A DNA stretch of 64,000 nucleotides. Source: Octopus bimaculoides (taxonomy: Eukaryota). Both the position numbers and the translations under genes were made by a program. The notes beneath the pieces are model-generated. The model was not told the origin of the DNA, did not search any database, and saw nothing but the letters and a program-made list of their open reading frames with translations. Each line of letters opens with the position of its first letter. The first letter of the stretch is position 1. Shown piece by piece: positions 37,331-50,960 of the stretch. The stretch is from assembly GCF_001194135.2 (NCBI RefSeq), contig NC_068991.1, positions 42,862,708 to 42,926,707 of the forward strand, read 5' to 3'.

Positions 37331-37863
37331 TTTATTAAATATTAATAAATTATATTATTCATAAGGTATAATTTAATATATTGGTGGTACCCCAGCATGA
37401 ACACAGCTCTTGACTGAAACTAGTAAAAGCGTAAATTAAATCTTATATATTTCCATCTGGTCTTTCATTTATTTATTTTTAACGTTTTTCTTGGGTCTAC
37501 TATTTATTACTTATAACAACAGGATTTGTTTACCATCAAAGAAAACCCCCTGCTGTCATCTATATTTCCTGTCTATTTGGAAATTAATGGTCAAGTATAG
37601 TGTTTTGCTTAGATAACCTCTCCTTTAAACATAATTTGAAGTTCTAAGGAGAGATTTTCTTAAGTATTATTTTAAAAAGTTGATATAGGATAGGTTGTCA
37701 TTTTATACTAAGCCATAAACATTTGTTGATTCTTTTTGCATCCAATAGAGAAACCAATGCATCACCTGTAAGTAATACTGAAATCTCCCTTCTACTTTAA
37801 AAGTGAAGGACATATTTGTCCTAGAGAGACTGTCTAAAGCAAAAATACAGGATTGTTCACAGC

Positions 37864-38252
37864 TTTACTCTTTTACTTGTTTCAGTCATTTGACTGCAGT
37901 CATGCTGGAGCACCGCCTTTAGTCGAGCAAATCGACCCCAAGACTTATTCTTTGTAAGCCTAGTACTTATTCTATCAGTCTCTTTTACCGAACCGCTAAG
38001 TTATGGGGACGTAAACACACCAGCATCGGTTGTCAAGCGATGCTGGGGGGGGGGGACAAACATATACACACATACATATATATCTATATATACGACGGGC
38101 TTCTTTCAGTTTCCGTCTACCAATTCCACTCACAAGGCTTTGGTCAGCCTGAGGCTATAGTAGAAGACACTTGCCCAAGGTGCCACGCAGTGGGACTGAA
38201 CCCAGAACCATGTGGTTGATAAGCAAGCTACTTACCACACAGCCACTCCTGC
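37864..38252 (-). mobile_element. CORE-type tRNA-derived SINE, young full-length copy (OR-like Octopus SINE)
   Basis: Minus strand: GCAGGAGTGGCTGTGTGGTAAG (A box) ... GGGTTCAGTCCC (B box), GTGGCACCTTGGGCAAGTGTCTT CORE and a GTAAAAGAGTAAA tail. Confidence 0.9.
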
Positions 38253-39289
38253 TGGAAAGATTTCACTAAAAGGCTTGTCGAATCAAGTCTGACCTGGCAT
38301 AAATAACATTAATAAAATGAAAAGAAGCAGTAAACTTTTGAAAGTTTCACAATATTTTTTTATATAGAAATTCTAAAATCATTGTTGAAGTATTAAAGTA
38401 AAACTTGTGTTACTATAAAATTTTTTTTTTCAATTTTAATAGTAACACAAGTATGATTGATTTAATTGTTGCCTATTTCAAGTTTGAGCTTGAAGGTATA
38501 GTTGCTGTCAAACTTTATTAAAATAGTTATGGTTACTTTTTTTATTGATCCTCATGCCTCAAAAGATGGCAATTGAAGCTGATCTTGGTGGGATTTGATT
38601 TCAAAGTGCAAAGAATTAGAACAAATACCTCATGGAACTCTATCCAATGCTCTAATGACTGCCAATTCACCATCTTAGTATTATGCTCATTGAAAAACAA
38701 AAATAGACCATGGTGCTTGGAAAGCCAAAATTTCTTGGTGTACAACATAGCAGAGAAGCATGAATTTGATTCTAAAATGTTTGAACTATAATCTGTCATT
38801 TTTTAATTTTTTTATTTCACTTATTTTTCTGTGAGGTATTATTATGCCTAATGAAACAAAAATCAAACTATGTTAAGTGATAAAAATTAGACTTGAAAAG
38901 AAGGAAATAAAATAGAAGCTTCTGTTTTACATGTGTACATTAGTTTATCATTGACATTTTTATTTTACCACTTGCATTCAATATTAATAACAGGAATTTT
39001 TAAAATAATGCAGGTAAATTAGCATTTTTGTTTCGCTTCATTGTCTACAGAACTTTTAGCATATTTTCTTCTAACAAGTCCCATTTTGTTATATTCAGAA
39101 AACATTGTTCAATGAAGAATTTACTACGAAGACATCTGTTCTTTAGAGGAAAGAGATTTGTTTTTAATCTAAAAAAAAAAAATGTAAAAATTATATCTTG
39201 AAAGATATCCCTAGTTTTCCTAAAATTTATCAACATTATTCTATGTAAGTGGGCTTTATTACTATTATCATTAATATTTTTATTAATTA

Positions 39290-39690
39290 TTAAGATGGCA
39301 GACTAGCAGAATCAGTAGCATGTTGGAAAAAATGATTAGTAGCATTTCTTTCAGAGTTTTCAAATATTACTGAAATCAAAGTTTGCTTTTCATCATTTGA
39401 GTTAATAACATAAGTATCAGTAACGTACTAGGGTTCAATGTACTCAACTCACCTCCTCCCCCTAAAACTGCTGGCCTTATGTCAAATTTTAAAACAATTT
39501 CTAATTGCTTAGCAGCATTTCTTCTGGTTCTTTATATTCTGAGTTCAAATAGCACTAAAGTTAACTTTTCTTTCCACCTATACTGGGTCAGTAAAATAGT
39601 ACCAGCCAAGTACTAGAGTCAATGTAATTGACTGACCCCACCTTCTTAAAATTGTTGACCTTGTGCTAAAATTTGAAATCATTATTATTT
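39290..39690 (+). mobile_element. Two tandem decayed SINE type 1 copies
   Basis: Two successive TCAAAT...TTTGC/AACTTTTCTTT...AGTA..AG...CTCACC/CCCACC...GCCTT..G.C.AAATTT units at ~39290-39490 and ~39490-39690. Confidence 0.65.
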
Positions 39691-42351
39691 CTTGGAATTT
39701 GAGACAATTTTTGTGGCCCTTTCTGTTATACAAAAACTGTTAGCTGCTTATGGGAATATTAAAATTATAATTCATAAAAATTTCCAAAAGGCATAAACAG
39801 TATATATGGAACAGAATGTAGTGGAGCAAGAACACACGTGAAAATAAAGTGTTGCTGAAGAGGTCACAGACGTGTGACAAAAGATTTCCAGACAATGGAC
39901 ATGAGTTAAAATAATAAAATAAAAACAGTAATAAACAAGTGAAGAAAAAATATATAGTGCATGCGTTTATTTGGCAAAAAAAAAAAAAATGACCATCCCG
40001 AAATACAACAGTATATAAAATTATATCATAATTTTTGCTGAATTTAAAAAAAAAATAATTTACTTTTATTCACTTGTAATACTTCTGTATTACAATGTTA
40101 CGCATCATATGATGGGTAAAATTTAGAAATATAATTTGCTACTATAAGTAACATCAAGAAATATTGTATGTATATAATATTTCTAATTTAACATACAATA
40201 ATTATATTTTAACTTCTATAAAATTTCTTGGCGCTTACACAAAATGATGAAATGAATATCAATTTTCAAAAGAAAAATATTTATTACCTTAAGATAAATG
40301 TAAATATGTATGCATGTGTTTATATATTTGTGTGTGTCTGTTTATATTCTCACTTTACCTAATGCAAATAGATTTCTCTTTTTATACTGACACAAACATA
40401 CATTTATATGTCTCTATAAAACTTATAATTTCACCTTTTGAACTGTTTAAATAACTTTTCATTTGATAATTCTCATCTTTATTTCACCGTTTACTTTGTT
40501 TTTCTCATAACTTTTCGAATATGATGTGCTTTAATTTCTCCCAGAATATGCTTATAACTGACCACCTCGCCACTTGTATCTATTTTCTACCTCTCTCCTT
40601 TACCTACCACTTTTCATTACCTATCACCTTTTCCCTTGCTTTCTCCTCCCTCTGCTTTTTATAAAACCTCTACTTGGTTTTATAATGTTTACTTCTACTG
40701 TATTTTCTTAAACTTTATTTTACTGTTCAGGTCTGGCTCATTCCCACCACCCCATCATGTTCTCTCTTTTTTTCTCTTTCTCCCAACTAATTTATTTACT
40801 CCCTCTTCTCTTCTGGCCACAATTCTGTGTGTGTGTGTGTGTGGTGTTCTTTATTCATTGCCTGCCACTGAGCCTTATCCTAGTCATCTTATGTTAACTC
40901 TTGTGCGTTTCTCTGTTACTCTCACTTACCCTTTCTGTTCAATGTAAAGCATGACTGGAGAAATCAACCAACAAACCAATATTTATTATATCAAGATGCT
41001 TTTTTTTTGTTGTTGTTGTTGCTGAAACCATGTTGTCTTAAGTTCTCATCAAATTGATTTCAGTGTTCGGTTGGTGTGCTACAAACCTTGCAATATACTC
41101 ATATAGTTTGGAAAAGGCTCTTGATAAAAAAAAAAAGAAGAACTTCTGTTAGGTTTTGATTTAATAAACATGTATCTCTTTCATTATTGAAGTATTATTG
41201 AGAATAACCAAAATTATAGACTGTTCAACAAAATATTTTATATTATTTTTACCTATCCTTTCTCTCAAAAATTTTTGTAATTCATCTCTTTTGGGTTAAT
41301 GAAGTTCTAGTAATTTGTTGGAAGAAGTCAGTAAAATTGACTGTTTGCTAGTTTAGAAAAATATTCACATTCAGTTCCACAAAAAGCCCACTCCCATGTA
41401 AAATGTATTATTTACAGCCTTTAGCTAACTAAAAAAATGGGTAATCAACCTGTTTTGGCATAATGGTTATTTATCATTGTATAAACATTTATATTAAGTA
41501 GGCCACACTTGATCAGCTCTAGTTAATTAGCCATGTGGCAGCTACTTAACAGATCAAACATTTGTTGACCTAGAAACTAAGTATAGTGGATTTGGACTTT
41601 TTACTACTTTCGTATCAATAACAACTGATATTTATTGTACTAGTTGTGGAATATTACCGAAGTAAGTTAATTAATCTAAAAGCATGTGTAATTAACTAGC
41701 TTAGTTCATTAATGCAGTATCACTATGGAGTATCAATTTATGTTCAATATTCTTTAAATTAGCTGTAGATGTTCAGTCTTTGTGATGAAATACTGTTTAA
41801 TTTCCAGTAGTCACTCCATTTCCTTTTGTAATGTCTTGAATGAAGACCTGAATTTTATTTCATTCTCATTCCTTATTACTTATAGGCTTCATCCCAAATT
41901 TAAAGAATTGCAGCTTAATATGCTTGGTTATTTAAGTTTTTATAGTCAGGAAAATGTTTAAAACCTGCATTGTGCTTTTTTTATTTACAAATGAGATTTG
42001 TTTTATTCTCATTCTTTATTCCTTTTCACATTCAGCTCAACTCATTCATAGCATTAGAAATGAAGTAGTCTTGATATAATGAAGTCCCAAACTCAGTTCT
42101 GTATTTTATTAGGCATATTTGATGCCATTACTTGAAAATTATATGGCTGCTGAAATACAATCTTTAAGGAATCATTTGAATTTTCTATATACAGCTTATT
42201 TAGATCCCTAATAAAGGTAGATGGCCATAGCCAAAACACTGATTGAACAATGAGGTTCAAATTTCATCAATATTTTTGGATATTTTGTATTAAGATCTGT
42301 GAATTATTTATAAAATTTGACTCACTACCTCTGTGCCATGGAGCTCGTTAA

Positions 42352-42563
42352 TCCTTTTGGTACCATATTTCTGCTGAAATACATTTGTTTCAATTAATAT
42401 TGAAATAATGAAGAATTCTGTAAAACAACTGTTATTGTCAAGTTGGTGTTTAGAACAAATTAACAGGAAATTTTAATGCAAGATTTTCATTCAGATTACG
42501 TTAAAACCAATAGTTTGCATCATAGAACCAAGCATAGTCCCAGACAGGTTGGTATCAAAAGAG
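42352..42563. mobile_element. piggyBac-type MITE (decayed)
   Basis: TTAA|TCCTTTTGGTACCA ... TGGTATCAAAAGAG|TTTA; imperfect TIRs and a near-TTAA TSD. Confidence 0.55.
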
Positions 42564-42709
42564 TTTAGCTATTCAGTAACATAATAGTAATTCCTTATCT
42601 ATTTAAAATTCTTGATCATATTTCCTTTTTTTGTTATCTTTGAATTGCAGGCCATCTGAGGAATGCAAGCACTGAAAAAAATGCTTGTTCAAACTATGTT
42701 AGTGTAAGC

Positions 42710-42943
42710 CAGTGATTCTCAGCCAGGGTGCATATAAGATTTTGTTGTTAAAGTTTAGTTGCAATAAACTGGTTATACTTCTGCAGCACACTAAATATTA
42801 AAACAATTTTTTATATAATTTCTAATATTTAAGCATAAAAATATGACTTTTTAGACATCAAATGGCAATGAACCCCCTCGCCCCCCCCACCACCACCACC
42901 TGAGTAAATTAGGAATCAAAGGGGTCCATAGGTAAATATACTG
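42710..42943. mobile_element. hAT-type MITE (decayed)
   Basis: Begins CAGTGATTCTCAGCC and ends ...CTG. 8-bp flanks GTGTAAGC and ATATAAGC (6/8 identical) fit a hAT TSD. Confidence 0.58.
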
Positions 42944-43059
42944 ATATAAGCTAATATTAGATTTTTGCTCAAAGTACTTAGTGTAGAAGTTTAATCCTAA
43001 TTGGTTCAAATATGTGTTGTCATTTTAAAAGCAAATGATAATTTGTTTTCAAAATAGTA

Positions 43060-44050
43060 AAACTTCTTCCCAAGTAGGGAAACTTCTCTCTCGACTCTTG
43101 TCATCTCATTCTCATGTTTAACTTTTTTATAGCGATGGAAGTGGTCATTAGTAATCACCTTGAAGCCCACAGGTAACCAGCTAAACTGGTTACCTATGGG
43201 CTTCACCCATTTCTTTTAGATTTGAATCTTGTCAGATTGCATATGTGCTGATGGGACTCTACAAGCCATACTCTATCATCTCTGTTGTTATATTTTTGGT
43301 TGTGTCCCCCTCCTCCACTCCCTTCTGTACACTAACCTGCTTGCTGTCATCTCTGACAACAGGTCGCCTCCATGCATATGACACCCCATTTCACTTTCTA
43401 ATCAGTTACACACATCATCCACATGGAATCTAAACATTTTTGCCAAACCTGAACTGTTACAATAAACAGAAACTTTGGAAACCTCTTTCGGTGAGGTTAT
43501 GAGTTTCTAATCTCTTTCAACAGCAAATATACAATAGCTACTCATATCAAAGAAACAATTTTGTACCTCTCTAGTCTTAAATCCTCAAAGTCATTATAAA
43601 TGCTTACACTCTGATCTTTCCTGATGTCAATACACATACATAGCATAGCCAAAACTGTCTTCCAAGACTAGCCTTACTCTTCAGGGCCAGATTAACTGAA
43701 ACTTCTTTACAAAACACAAATAAGGCTTACATTGGAGTACTGCTCCCACATCTGAGTGCAGGCTGTTGGTATGCACGTGTGTGCAGCCATCCAACTGATT
43801 AGCACTCATCAATGTACTACAAGGCCCATGGACATGCTGTCTCTTCCTACCTATTCAATCATTTCTGCAGTGACTACCTCTCTTCTGAACTAGCTAGTTG
43901 CATATCATTTCTATTCAGGCCCATATGACACATGTCACTCTTCTTCTTACTTCCCCTGTATTTTTGTTCCCTTTCTCTAGATGTCAATTGTCTTGAATTC
44001 CTTTCTTTCGGATTTCAAAATATATGAATGTTCTAGCTGTACATCAACTA
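43060..44050 (+). mobile_element. Ancient CR1/L2/Jockey-group LINE remnant
   Basis: MEVVISNHLEAH (RT domain-2-like), CATATGTGCTGATGGGACTCTA (YADDST-like), KAYIGVLLPHL and a CTCTTCTGAACTAGCTAGTTGC (SSELASC-like) C-terminus. Confidence 0.45.
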
Positions 44051-45393
44051 CACCAGGCTTACAAATTACACTGCTTGTACACCTTTAGATGTACAGGTAG
44101 TGTAATAATGGGTTATTTATAAGCTGTATTTAAAAAGAAAATTAAGTTTGAGTGACAAATGTTTTCATTTTCTTTTGTATATAAATCAAACAAGAATATG
44201 AGTGTTAAGAAAATAGAAATGAGAAAATTAACACGGATGAGGGAGAATAGTTTAAGAAATGTAAGATTGGTTACAGTCAGAGATTAAACATCCTTAGTGA
44301 AGGGTGTTCAATCTTTGACAATTATGAAAAAATATGTAAGACAATAAACTAGATAGTATATATCTTCGCATTGAATTCTCAAAAGTTAATTATTGATAAT
44401 GGATATTTATTATATTACATGAAGACTGGCAGTGGTTAAGAATTATGAAGTATTTATTGGCTTCATTTCATTTGTAGAGTGATGCTTTGAAATCTACTAC
44501 TGTTGCTGTAAACTGCCCTCGGCTAAAATCTTCAAATTATCATCTATTGTGTTCAAATTTTAATGAGTTAGTAGTGAAATATCAAACCAGTCGATTTGTT
44601 AGTTTATTAACAGGGTGTGAACCTTGCTATAGATAGCTTTATCTTTTTCTGTATTTTCCTTAATTACAGGTTGGTTCCAAACCTGAATTAGGAATAACTT
44701 TGTAGAAACTGAAATAGTTAATTTCTCACTTATGAAGGACTGCATAATTGTGTTCACTCTCCCCAGTTTATAATGATAGTCTGAACTGACCATTCTTCAG
44801 TCATGGTTGTTATTCCAAGTTATTTTAAATTACATGTGAAAAGTGTGAAATATGTAACAGGCCACCTTTTGTGCTCAAATTCAGTTAACAGTATTATGTT
44901 GTTCACTCACCTGTAACATCAATAGATATATGAAATAGGGATTCTAATTCTTGATTCAGTTAAGAAAAGGCTGAAGAAGGCACTTGCTTCAACAGTTTAA
45001 ATATCTCAATTTTAAAATCTATTATTAAATTATAAAATTTGAATTCCAGTATCGCCTAATCAAACTACCTTAGAATATATCTCTCTTGTGAGGTGAAATG
45101 TTATACAGGGACTTACATTACTGACTTTGTGTCATTCAGAAACATACTTAAGTCAGAACAGAATAAGAAAATAGCAACACAAATTGTAGAAGTTGGCAAT
45201 GTATTTGTGAGAACACCACCAAAACATTCAATGCAAAATCATTGTTGTCAAAACTAACAATAATTATACTTCAGTCATGCAGCTGTTTTTTTTTTTGTTT
45301 TTTTTTTTAATTGAATCAATGAGCTTTAAAAACTTAACTCTTTCTTTAAAGATTCTATTTTTTTCTATTAATTTTTATTATATTCTTTACATT

Positions 45394-45672
45394 GGTACTG
45401 GCAACGGTCACACTCAGGATGGTACATCTTGTGCGGGTGGCACATAAAAGACACCATTTCGAGCGTGGCCGTTTTCGTGCGGGTAACACGTAAAAGCACT
45501 CACTACACTCTCTGAGTGGTTGGCGTTAGGAAGGGCATCCAGCTGTAGAAACTCTGCCAAATTTAGATTGGAGCCTGGTGTTGCCATCCGGTCTCACCAG
45601 TCCTCAGTCAAATCGTCCAACCCATGCTGGCATGGAAAGCGGACGTTAAACGATGATGATGATGATGATGAT
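45394..45672 (+). mobile_element. Young RTE family-1 3' tail / derived SINE
   Basis: Near-identical to 46766-47050; (GAT)n tail followed by (AT)n. Confidence 0.9.
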
Positions 45673-46179
45673 ATATATATATAATAGACTCTCGTCACCA
45701 CATATGAGGTTTCTGCAATTTTGTGCCATTTATTAGCTCACTTCCTTCATCAAATCGACATTGCCTGAACAGGTATACAGTGTACCACACATCAAATACT
45801 GAAGTGATTGCAGAGCAACGTGATATGCAGTCTTTTCTCAAGAACACAATGCACCATCTAGTTCAGGAATTGAAACCACAATCTTGTGCTTGTGAGTGCA
45901 ACATCCTAACCATTAGGCCACACATCCCCATAACGTGTGTGTGTGTTAACCACTGTTTTGAATACACAATAAACCTTTACAATGGTTAGCCCATTCTTTT
46001 TGATGGAATCTTTTTAGCATGCAGAACAATGATAATCATTTGCCTATAGTCATAGAGTATAACTGCAAATTTTTACGGGGTAAGCTTAGAAGCAACATAC
46101 ATGACATAAACAGTTGTATTGTCTCTTAAGTTCAGTACCCTCCAAATAATTATTTTAAGTTGATGCTTGAAGAATTAGT

Positions 46180-46450
46180 TTTGTCAAAGCTTATTTAAAA
46201 ACTGGTGAAGCCCAGCTGGTTGATTCAGCTGATTTTCTTGTGATTTGAAGGAGAGTAGGTCAAATGATAAGTTCAACTGCTGTAAGGAGTGTAAAATCTG
46301 TTTTATTCCTCTGGACAGTTGAGTTATCAATATTCTACAAATTCTTATTTTGATTAATTGTGCTACTTTCTTCAAATTCTGAACTTCACTATCCCCCCTG
46401 TGATTTCCTCAACTGATTTTTGTATCCCTGGCTTGCCAAGTGTCCATTCT
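46180..46450 (-). pseudogene. Possible Ty3/Gypsy RT N-terminal relic
   Basis: A broken minus frame gives SAESTSWASPVFK, similar to the Gypsy PS.SPWASPV motif. No other support. Confidence 0.25.
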
Positions 46451-46765
46451 GATATCAATGGCTTGCTGTCTGTTGTTTCTTTACATGTGTAGTGTATGTG
46501 TACTTATACATGAGGTTAACATTGATACAGCCTAATCTTTAAGATGTTAAACAGTACAACTGGTCACAACACTTGACCTGAAAAGTATTTAATCCTCTGG
46601 ATAAATTTATTGAAACATTAAGAGATTTACAGTTAGCAATTAAAGTGTTAGTCTTTATTTGTCTATAATCAGTAGCTTAGCTGGGTATTGGAGGATTATT
46701 ATTGATATCTATACTAAAAGTGATTTAAACTGTAAAGATGAGGAGATATATATATATATATATAT

Positions 46766-47050
46766 CGAGCGAGATCGTTGCCAGTGCCCCTGGACTGGCT
46801 CTTGTGCGGGTGGCACATAAAAGACACCATTTCGAGCGTGGCCGTTTTCGTGCGGGTGACACGTAAAAGCACCCACTACACTCTCTGAGTGGTTGGCGTT
46901 AGGAAGGGCATCCAGCTGTAGAAACTCTGCCAAATCAGACTGGAGCCTGGTGTTGCCATCCGGTTTCACCAGTCCTCAGTCAAATCGTCCAACCCATGCC
47001 AGCATGGAAAGCGGACGTTAAACGATGATGATGATGATGATGATGATGAT
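46766..47050 (+). mobile_element. Young RTE family-1 3' tail / derived SINE inside a (TA)n array
   Basis: (TA)10 on the left (46746-46765) and (TA)n on the right (47051-47063), with an intact tail CCCATGCCAGCATGGAAAGCGGACGTTAAACGATGATG. Confidence 0.92.
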
Positions 47051-49739
47051 ATATATATATATACACGTGTGTGTACGTACAGGCATGGTTTGTTTATTTA
47101 GGCTAGCTCATGCAGTGCCACATAAAAGAGACCATGTGGTGCCACTTAAAAGCACTCAGCACATTCTGTAAAGTGGTTGGCATTAGGAAAGGCATCCAGC
47201 CATATAAACCATGCCAAATCAGACTAGAGACTGGAGCAGCTTGCCAGCTCTAATCAAACCGTTCAACCCATGCCAGCATAAACAACAGGCATTAAATTAT
47301 GAAGATGATGCATAGAAAATATTATTTTATCCTCATATTTATTTGTTGTTTAAGAATCCTTGTCTTATAACATTGAGTTATATCACATCAGTAAAGAAGT
47401 CATTGTTGAAATGCAGATTCATCTTGTCTTCAATTATATTCTTACTAAAAGATGACCAACAAAAACTACAAGAAGGAAGAATGTAGAATTAAATTAAATA
47501 ATTAGAATTAATCCTACAAGACCAATCCTTTAATCTTCTTTAGACTTTTTTTCACTTATACAGATAATATTGAAGATTTCAACACTTGTATTCTTCTAAT
47601 CCATTAGGATAAAAGGGTGGATTCATGGTCAGTTCTCATAAGTCAATTAATATAGTTCTTTTAGTCCAGTCTATCTTATATTCTCCTAGCAATTGAACTT
47701 GATATGCAAGTCATAGAGTTTATATCTTAACCACTGAAATATGCCTGATAGGTTGAGAGAATAAATATCTGACAGCTGCTGTAGTCATACTTAGTCCCTT
47801 GTATGAAGTATTTATTCTTTTTTGACTTTGCTTATGAAATACCATGAGCCATTTCATAATAAAACTAAGCATAGCTTTGAAATCAATAAACTTTTATATT
47901 TATATTTTTATTTAAATAACTAATTACAAAACCTTAGAATATAATTTTGTTTTTTAGTTTAAAATCTATTATGGATATTTCATTATAGTTCCTAACTAAA
48001 TCCTTTCTTTGTCATCTAGGTGTTGAGAATCTGGATTAGATCACCTTTTGCTTTTATGCTTACTTGTAGGTAATGTAAAAGCTATTTCTGTAGATGCTTC
48101 ATCTTCAGAATCATCCAAATTTAGTTGCCATTCAGTGACGTATTTGTTACATAATTATAATTTATTCCCCATATGACATAGTTTCAAGTTAGGTTGCTAT
48201 TTTTTATTTTTTTTTTACATGTACCTATTTGCGTTTATGTATATACACAAATGTATGTATATATTTATATGCAGGGTATATGTTTTTCAATCATTGTATA
48301 TTTTTGTCTCATTGAAGTAGCTATCCTGAGATTTCTATTTTCCCTTGACCATGCTTGTTTTGCCACTAATGGATAGACCAATTAATAAGCTATTAGGTAA
48401 TAAGAAAAATTGATTCTTAGTGGTTCTATTTTTGATACATAGTGATCCTTGAGCAATCTGTTAGTCATAAAATTACTGATGTATATTACTTGTTGAAATA
48501 TTTATAAACTATACAGAATTCCCTTTCTCACTACTCTTTAACTACTTTGATCTTTGTTTACTGTTCTTATTTTCTAATTATTTTTCTCTTTAAATAATCT
48601 CATATATATCATTATTTATATGACACAACTGATGAGTTTATTCTTCATTCTGTAATTTAGTGGGAAATCTGTGTTTCCTCAAGTTAACAACTTGAAGTTA
48701 GGTAGACTTGGATGAGATGAGCCAGGTAACAGGTGAGGCTGGCATCTCAAATGAACAGTTTATATTAAATTTTAATGGTAATATACTGGCATTAGAAGTG
48801 AATAGATAAGGTATTGGACTACTGCCTAAGTTTTGAGATCTTTGAAAGTGTTTTGGTGTTTCTGGGCAGAACATCATTATATTCTACATTACCTCAATTC
48901 ATCCTGTTGTTGAAAAGAGTGTCCTATCAGGAGAGATTTCTCTTTCATCAGAAACCAGTGAAACAGCAGATACTTTTTGAAATTGCTCAGTATATTTTAT
49001 TTTTGAGTCTAGGATTATGTATGAATTACAAAATCTTATGTTCCAAGTTTTTCATAGTATGCTTTGAACTTAGAAATGTAATATTACAAAAAAGTTGAGT
49101 TATAGTTGAGTCAATCAAATTTGATATATTGATTGTTGTTGTGTATATGTATTGTCAACTTGTGAGGATTAATGATAAATTTGATTTTGTTGAGAATTCA
49201 TCTCTGAACTTTAAAATACCTAACTTTAAAATATATCCAGTCAAGATCCATGTTTCCTTTCTAAATTATGTTGTTCTTATAAAGATTCATTAATCATTTA
49301 TAAATCTTTGGACTAGTAGTGGTAATTTTTTTGTATAGAAACACAACACAACTTGTGGTGAGATACATTGTATGTTTCTACAAATGTTGATTTCATCAAA
49401 TGTAACCTTGTGTTTAAGAAGCTAATCAGTATTTGAAAGGGAAAGTATAATCAATGGAAGTAATTCAAATGTATTGATAGCACTACATATTTTATCAGTC
49501 TCCAAGAGAAAGAAAAAAATGATCTCACAGTAAGATTTAAATGCAGAAACCTGATGCTTCAGATACTGTGTCACATTTTCAGCAATCATAATGATACCAA
49601 TAAGTAATTAATTATTATCACATTTGATCTGTCCACAATACATGTAATTTAAAAAAAAAAAAATTATTGTTCTTTGAAAAATACTGTAGAAAGTAATGGC
49701 TAAGAAATTCATTACCTTCTTCATTTTGTTTATGCTTAA

Positions 49740-50040
49740 AGATTTGATATTGAGAACCTTATGTATCTACACTTCCAATTGTCTGGAAAATCTTACATAC
49801 TAATACTACAGAAATTTAATCTGCTAAGAGCATGGACAAGTAGTCTATAAGTTCCATTATCTATCCAAACAGAATCAATACTGGATGTAATGTCAATGAC
49901 TGAAAGAAGTTTAGAACTTGTCTGCTGGGCAGTTTGTAAACATAAATGGTCCAGCTATACAAGTCACACTGTAAGAGATTGTAACTTCTGCTACTCTAAT
50001 TTTGGGAAACAAGTAATATATGAAAAGGAACATGCAACAA
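49740..50040 (-). pseudogene. Decayed LINE RT fragment
   Basis: The minus frame SVIDITSSIDSVWIDNGTYRLL resembles the RT motif FLDI.KAFD.VWH.GL..KL. Confidence 0.4.
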
Positions 50041-50579
50041 GCTTAATGAGATAATTTATTGAGCCTTAAAAATTCTGAATAAATAACAAAATGACATTTC
50101 TAAATGTAATAATAAATTGATATGATGATCCTCAAATTGGGGAAAAAATAGCAAAAAAAAAAATGAATTATTATTCCTAAGTAATTTGTTATGGATTTTC
50201 TTATGAGAAGGATCAAACGAACATGTCCCCATAGTGACTAGAGGGTGCACATGCACTAATTGCATTGTAGATTATTAATGATTTACCCTTGTATATCTCA
50301 TTAAAACAAAATTTAAACATGCACTAAATTTTAGTAAGTTATTTAAAATCAGTTAGCAAGTGCAGTAACATTTAGTGTTTAAAGGCAAGAATACTCTACA
50401 TATCAAACACCAGCTATTTTATCCAAAAATGTTCTAAACAGTTGTAAGTTTTTAATATTTTTAACTTTAGAAACTGCAGTTTTATTTCATCCAATTGAAA
50501 ATGAAAGACAAGCAACACTAGTTTTATAGATGGATATATATTTTAAACTATGTTTGCTTATATACTTGACATGATATTG

Positions 50580-50960
50580 CATGGTAGAGATACATAGGCA
50601 TTGAATGCAGAGAGTTTGTGTAGGCTGGAAAGAAATGAAGCGAGCATGCTCTACTGAATGTATGTTAGTTTGCATTAAGAACAAAGTATGAACCGAGAGA
50701 AAAACTGGGTATAAGAAGAATCAGATGTAGTGTCAGAAAGGATTATGTACAAGAAGATGACAGTTGGGTGAAGAAGTGTCAAATAATCCAAGCGGAAGAA
50801 ACCTGCAGAAGAGGAAAACTAAAGAAATAAGTGGGGAAAGTTGATCTCAAGAGCATACACCTCATAAAGGTGATAACAAACGACTGCAATAAGTAGCCAA
50901 ACACTGTGCTGGAAAAGCCCTGTCCACCCCAAGCAAGCAAGCTAAAATGGATGTATGAGG
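50580..50960 (+). mobile_element. Old RTE family-1 RT C-terminal remnant
   Basis: GAAAGAAATGAAGCGAGCATGCTC..., GAAGATGACAGTTGGGTGAAGAAGTG... Confidence 0.6.

Noticed and set aside
42651-42703. Exon-like HLRNASTEKNACSNYVS with a GTAAGC donor
   Set aside because: The donor is part of the 8-bp TSD of the adjacent hAT MITE; no homology recognised.
43133-43172. Exon-like MEVVISNHLEAH with good splice signals
   Set aside because: Better explained as RT domain-2 sequence of the surrounding ancient LINE remnant.
49851-50054. 67-aa plus-strand frame with a GTAAGA donor
   Set aside because: Shadow frame of a decayed LINE RT on the minus strand.
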